Under the pieces are notes generated by a model that saw only the letters and a list, made by a program, of their open reading frames with translations, did not search any database and was not told the origin of the DNA. DNA of 20,000 bases from an uncultured virus (IMG/VR IMGVR_UViG_3300008107_000013) (lineage: Duplodnaviria > Heunggongvirae > Uroviricota > Caudoviricetes). Numbering within the stretch: position 1 is the stretch's first letter; every line of letters starts with the position of its first letter. This document shows positions 15,604 to 20,000 of the stretch, piece after piece. Location: IMG/VR virus record IMGVR_UViG_3300008107_000013. One strand, 5' to 3'. A program made the translations under genes and the position numbers.

Positions 15604-16613
15604 ACCTTCTTCCACTCTACAAACTTCAACCTCGCCTCCAAACCTTTAAATTGAAACTCTTTGACCATACCCTTTGGATCATAACCTTCAAGCACCATGT
15701 CATTAATATCTTTGACCCCTTCTATAGAAGAAGGCCATATCACAATATTATATCCTCTATTGACTATCTGTTCCATCTTCTTCACAATCTGCACATTTCT
15801 TGGTTCATTGTCATATACGTAGACACAATTTTGTAATGCAAGATCTTGACCGCAGATTTTATCAATTCCTAAGTCGGCCCCGGCCATTGCTACCGCATTA
15901 TCTAAGAATAATGAATCAATAGGGCCTTCCACAATGTAGAACGTTTTAGTAAAGTCTACAGTATCTAGGCCAAATATTTTTGGTTTAGAATCGTCAAGGA
16001 TGATGGTTATGTATCGTATTCCATCTTTCTTGAACGACCGTCCTTGAAAGCCAAAACACTCCCCCTCCTTATCCAAAAACGGTAGAATAAGTCTTGGTTC
16101 GTCTCCATCCTCGGTAGAAAATTTCTCCGGAATAAACGAATTAACCCACTGCTTGAACCTAGGACAGTAGAACAACTTATACTGTACTTCTGGAGGAATA
16201 CGTCTATGGACGACGTAAAGCTTAGCCGGATGATCATGGGGTAGCTGTGATATTTTCTTTAGGGATCGCAATGGAGATCCTTTCAGATACCGGGGCCTTT
16301 CTATTTTGGTAATATCGGGCTTGGCTGGCTGTTGAACCTGTTTCTCCAGGTATTTCTCAGTCTTGTACTCTTTAAAGAGCTGGGGATCGATCCATTCTAG
16401 AAACTTACCAAAGATCATCGACGCATTGCAGTTATGACAATGAAAGATGAGCTTGTTTTGTTTCTCGAATATGTACCCTCTCGTCTTGTGCTTATTCTTT
16501 TGGGAGTCCCCGCAAATGGGACATCTAAAGTTATAGAGGGTGGGGGAGGAGCGTTTAAACCGGTCTAACCGGTTAGAGAGTAAATTTACAAACTTATGAT
16601 CGATGTATAACAT
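15600..16613 (-). CDS. T4 gp61-like DNA primase
   Basis: NFRCPICGDS...CHNC zinc finger, GFQGR, and TOPRIM motifs VEGPIDSLF, DNE, KDIND. Confidence 0.95.
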   Translation of the reverse strand: MLYIDHKFVNLLSNRLDRFKRSSPTLYNFRCPICGDSQKNKHKTRGYIFEKQNKLIFHCHNCNASMIFGKFLEWIDPQLFKEYKTEKYLEKQVQQPAKPDITKIERPRYLKGSPLRSLKKISQLPHDHPAKLYVVHRRIPPEVQYKLFYCPRFKQWVNSFIPEKFSTEDGDEPRLILPFLDKEGECFGFQGRSFKKDGIRYITIILDDSKPKIFGLDTVDFTKTFYIVEGPIDSLFLDNAVAMAGADLGIDKICGQDLALQNCVYVYDNEPRNVQIVKKMEQIVNRGYNIVIWPSSIEGVKDINDMVLEGYDPKGMVKEFQFKGLEARLKFVEWKKV

Positions 16614-16642
16614 CTGGTACCTTTTTTCTTTCCGACATAGCG

Positions 16643-16671
16643 ATTATAGAAGAAAGGTACTACAAAATCAA
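16643..16671 (-). promoter_or_regulatory. sigma70-like promoter for the primase-thyX-nrd operon
   Basis: TTGATT-N17-TATAAT. Confidence 0.8.
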
Positions 16672-16672
16672 C

Positions 16673-16927
16673 TTAGAATAGTTTATCCAGCCTGACGTGG
16701 GCAAGTATGTAACCGATTACTACTGCGGCACCTACGATCATCCATCTCCAGCGCTCAAGTACATCAACGCGATTAGACATGTCGCTTACTTTGTTCATTA
16801 GTAAGTCGTGCTGCTCTTTTTGCTCTTTACGTATCTCTTTTACGTCTGTAGCAATATTTTTAACTTCGTTTTCTAGCACGGCTATCCTTGAGGCGGTTTG
16901 ATCGAACATTTCCATATCGGGTGACAT
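16673..16927 (-). CDS. Coiled-coil protein with C-terminal TM helix (XhlA/holin-like)
   Basis: RIAVLENEV heptads followed by WRWMIVGAAVVIGYILA; lies directly downstream of the tail fibre gene. Confidence 0.7.
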   Translation of the reverse strand: MSPDMEMFDQTASRIAVLENEVKNIATDVKEIRKEQKEQHDLLMNKVSDMSNRVDVLERWRWMIVGAAVVIGYILAHVRLDKLF

Positions 16928-16946
16928 TTTAGTTATGGTAACTCTA

Positions 16947-16954
16947 TATTTATT
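16947..16954 (-). promoter_or_regulatory. Possible T4-type late promoter
   Basis: AATAAATA overlapping the tail fibre stop codon, 20 nt upstream of the next ATG. Confidence 0.45.
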
Positions 16955-19900
16955 ATTTTGTTATAAGGGCTGATATTGGCGCGGTAAAGTTTGCTGTGTA
17001 GCGCGCGACCCCTTTTGTGATGCGTAGGTCGTCTATGTAGCCGTTGAGGTAACTTGTATTTGTGGAACTTGCGTTGACACCAATCCAAGGTCTGTTTCCA
17101 GTGTTTAGATAGTTGGTGCTGTCTGTGTATGTAGAACCTATTTGCACACCATTGAGGAACAGTTTTGTATTCGTACCTGAGCGACACAAAGCAATGTGAT
17201 ACCAAGTTGATGTAGATAAAACAGCGGTGCCACTAGTTATTCTGTCAGCACCATTTACCCAGTAATATAAAAATCCGCTAATAAAATACAGCATTGGATA
17301 CGCACCGTTTGTACCGGCAGGCCTTCCGTCATAGAACACGGAGTTAGTGACTGAGTTTGTATATAACCACATTTCAATCGTGAAGTCGCCAGTGCCAAAC
17401 GCAAAGTCTGTTGGGTTTCCAGTCAGCGTTAGGTAATCCCCAGTGCCATCAAAGTACATAGCACCCGAACCATATTTTTTAGTGTTTGTACTTACTCTTG
17501 CATCACCAACACATTCTAAGACGTTTCTTCCTGTTATGTCAACGATCCCACCATGATTAAACGGCATGTTAAGAATTAAACCATGAGTTGATGAACTTGT
17601 TCGTGAACCTTTTCTTATTTCTAGATCAGCAACATATGCTGCAGATGCATACGTTGCAGTTTGACCATAGCTTCCTATACCGAGCGCTGACTGAGAAAGG
17701 TCTGTGCTAACTGTAGCTGATGCTTGAAACTTTTCATTTACCCACAAATAGGCTACATTAGATATTCTTTCAATTCTAACTTTTACCCATTGCCCTAAAA
17801 AATTTCCTCCGGGGATTGAAGTAGAGGTAACAGAAGCAGCTGCCAAATTATTTACTCGAAAATCAAGGTAGGTATTGTCACCTAAATTAAAAGCCCAGGA
17901 GCCAGTAGAATTACCAGTACCTATAATGTAACCGGTGGTTATAAGATACATGTAAAAACTTATTTCAAAATCGCTAGTACCTAACACCATGTTGGTATTG
18001 GATATAGCCAAATAATCCGAACCATCTAGATAAACGCTACCCTTGTGAGTAGCAGGTGCATATTCTTGTAAGAGCGTTGTATACTCGCCAAAAGGATTAA
18101 ACTTCTTAACGTGCACATTACCTAAAGGAATAATTGTACGCAAACTAGTAGAGTTATCAACTAGGGTTGACGTCTGGCAAGTAAGAAGCTGGGTATTAGA
18201 AACGGCTGTTAATTGAGCCGTAGGAGGGGTAAAATTAGATGTATACTGAGCAGTCCCGTTTATTAGTCTAACGTTAGAGATGTACCCGTTCATATAAAAT
18301 CCATTATATGAAAGATAAAATCTTCCAACTACTGCACTTGTTGCGGTAATACTTGCTGATGAGGTATCAGAATCAACTGATGTTCCGTTAACATACAAAT
18401 TTAATGTTGATCCGTTCCTTACAAAAGCAATATGATACCACGTTTTAAGTGAGAGGGGGGTAGCGCTGTTTAAAAACGTAGCACTGTTACCTCTTCCTAC
18501 AAACCCTTGAACAGTATTATCATTAATAATTGATAAATTAATTCCAACTCCAGACGTGTCTTCCGTAGAAGAATAAACTCCCATATAAGAACTACCGACA
18601 CTGAGATACACCCATGCTTCTACTGTGAAAGAATTAGTGCCAACGGCCGTAGCAGTAGTTGATAGATAGTCGCCCGTACCATCAAAATATACACTATGGG
18701 TATTGGCTGTTATAGTATGAGATTTAAACGGGGAGAACGAAGCGATCTTTACATCATTATACTTTGTAATAGCAAGATTATTAGGTCCGTCATCCTCAAT
18801 TGTATTTGATCTTAATATTAAAAGCTGTGTGTTACTAACCGGTGCTAGGGGAGATATTTCTGGAGTAAAAGTAGTGGTGTAAAGTGCATTACCTTTTATA
18901 ATGCGTAAATTTGAAATGTAACCGGTTGCCATCTCTGTTGATCCGTTATAGCTACCAATATATAAAAGTTTATTTAAGGAAATGTTTTGTGTCTGAGACG
19001 TTTGAGTGTTAGCAACCGCACCGTTTAAAAATAATCTACCAGTAGTTCCACTTCTTGTAAGCGCAATATGATTCCATGTATTAAGAGAAAGAGCAGTGTT
19101 ACCTGTATACACTGTTCCCGAAGAAGTTGCTACTGTTCTCAAAAAAGCTATTGGATAGTAAACTCCTCCAGAATTTGTTATACCTACGTAACATACTGCT
19201 GTATCTGAACCATCAAATTGATAGGAATACATGCGAGCAACACCTCCAGAAGAAAGTGCAGCTGTTTGATTCACCCAGAACTCAACTGTAAAATCACCGG
19301 TTCCAAAGTTAAATCCTTCGTTGTTTGATAATGTTAAATAGTCACCCGTACCATCAAAGTATCCTGACCACCCTGTAGGAGAAAATGGAGAAAAAGAACC
19401 TTGAGAGGCGTTGCCCGATCTTGTTACAATATTTCTATGACCAGATTCATCTACAAATGTATGGTTATTGATTGATTGAAAATTTTGTAATGTTAACACC
19501 GCAGTATTTGCAACGGCTGTTAATTGAGATGTGGGAGGAGTGAAATTAGATGTATAAAGAGAAGTGCCTCTAACATATCTAAAATTAGACATATAACCTG
19601 CTACTGGTTCTGCTCCGTTGCTTTGTGCTCCAAGCATTAAAGGATTAGCCTGATCAACTAAAGACACACCTGCACTTGATAGTGTTATAGTTATTCCTAA
19701 AACACCATTTAAAAATCCTTTTACAGTTTGTCCAGATCTTGTTATTGCAACGTGATTCCATGCGTTCAATGTCATTGTACCCAATGAATAATTACTATTT
19801 ACGCCATGTACATCCCAAGCTGATCCAGTATAACTAAGAAAGATATAAAATCCAAGATTGCGTTGAGCAAAGTAAAAGGCACCATAACCTATTCCATTTT

Positions 19901-20000
19901 TACTAAACCACGCATAATATGTATTACTTGCATTAGATGTTGGATATATCCATGCCTCTATTGTCCAATCTAGATTGCTAGGTTCTAAAGCAGCATTGTC
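16953..20000 (-). CDS. Multi-LamG/concanavalin-like domain virion (tail fibre/adhesin) protein, 5'-truncated by the window
   Basis: Repeated YFDGTGDYL, DFTxExW, WxHIAxxR and GYISNxR modules. The frame stays open to 20000 (DNAALEPSNLDWTIEAWIYP...), so the track's TTG start at 19784 is internal. Confidence 0.9.
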   Translation of the reverse strand, partial: DNAALEPSNLDWTIEAWIYPTSNASNTYYAWFSKNGIGYGAFYFAQRNLGFYIFLSYTGSAWDVHGVNSNYSLGTMTLNAWNHVAITRSGQTVKGFLNGVLGITITLSSAGVSLVDQANPLMLGAQSNGAEPVAGYMSNFRYVRGTSLYTSNFTPPTSQLTAVANTAVLTLQNFQSINNHTFVDESGHRNIVTRSGNASQGSFSPFSPTGWSGYFDGTGDYLTLSNNEGFNFGTGDFTVEFWVNQTAALSSGGVARMYSYQFDGSDTAVCYVGITNSGGVYYPIAFLRTVATSSGTVYTGNTALSLNTWNHIALTRSGTTGRLFLNGAVANTQTSQTQNISLNKLLYIGSYNGSTEMATGYISNLRIIKGNALYTTTFTPEISPLAPVSNTQLLILRSNTIEDDGPNNLAITKYNDVKIASFSPFKSHTITANTHSVYFDGTGDYLSTTATAVGTNSFTVEAWVYLSVGSSYMGVYSSTEDTSGVGINLSIINDNTVQGFVGRGNSATFLNSATPLSLKTWYHIAFVRNGSTLNLYVNGTSVDSDTSSASITATSAVVGRFYLSYNGFYMNGYISNVRLINGTAQYTSNFTPPTAQLTAVSNTQLLTCQTSTLVDNSTSLRTIIPLGNVHVKKFNPFGEYTTLLQEYAPATHKGSVYLDGSDYLAISNTNMVLGTSDFEISFYMYLITTGYIIGTGNSTGSWAFNLGDNTYLDFRVNNLAAASVTSTSIPGGNFLGQWVKVRIERISNVAYLWVNEKFQASATVSTDLSQSALGIGSYGQTATYASAAYVADLEIRKGSRTSSSTHGLILNMPFNHGGIVDITGRNVLECVGDARVSTNTKKYGSGAMYFDGTGDYLTLTGNPTDFAFGTGDFTIEMWLYTNSVTNSVFYDGRPAGTNGAYPMLYFISGFLYYWVNGADRITSGTAVLSTSTWYHIALCRSGTNTKLFLNGVQIGSTYTDSTNYLNTGNRPWIGVNASSTNTSYLNGYIDDLRITKGVARYTANFTAPISALITK
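18201..18245. repeat. Direct repeat copy 1 within the LamG gene
   Basis: 40/45 nt identical to 19512-19556 (encodes YTSNFTPPTxQLTAV). Confidence 0.85.
19512..19556. repeat. Direct repeat copy 2 within the LamG gene
   Basis: 40/45 nt identical to 18201-18245. Confidence 0.85.

Noticed and set aside
1485..16237. Plus-strand and alternate-frame ORFs in the track (e.g. 1485-1769, 3086-3295, 4162-4374, 10920-11144, 13294-13509, 15234-15557, 16007-16237)
   Set aside because: They overlap well-supported minus-strand genes and have no recognisable motifs; treated as shadow ORFs.
16933..17205. 90 aa alternate-frame ORF over the LamG C-terminus
   Set aside because: Almost entirely nested out of frame, with no RBS or motif and no obvious slippery site for a programmed frameshift.
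16953..20000. Diversity-generating retroelement target in the tail fibre gene
   Set aside because: The repeats are short, in-frame in the same gene, and their mismatches are not adenine-specific; no reverse transcriptase is present in the window.
1..20000. Stop-codon reassignment
   Set aside because: Genes are full length in the standard code and TAA, TAG and TGA all serve as stops; no suppressor tRNA is present.

Overview
A 20 kb segment of a large lytic T4-like (myovirus-type) phage genome, with essentially every gene on the minus strand. In transcription order (right to left): the C-terminal part of a multi-LamG tail fibre-type protein; a small coiled-coil/TM (holin/XhlA-like) protein; gp61-type primase; thyX; nrdA; an ATP-grasp-like ORF; nrdB; a HiPIP-like iron-sulfur protein; a signal-peptide thermonuclease; dCMP deaminase; an acidic zinc ribbon; a RuvC-like resolvase; small hypotheticals; a sugar-nucleotide cluster (cytidylyltransferase-like, galE, glycosyltransferase, hddA, gmhA); T4-type RNase H; a PD-(D/E)XK exonuclease; tRNA-Thr(TGT); tRNA-Arg(TCT); and an ahpC-ahpD pair. 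The most unusual observation is a HiPIP whose export signal appears replaced by a T4-style capsid-targeting leader (MKSFQQFTE). Also notable are a phage heptose/glycosylation module, ahpCD with a possible host OxyR-type site, and a hairpin that could silence primase translation on read-through transcripts. All calls come from motif recognition by eye; no database searches were run.
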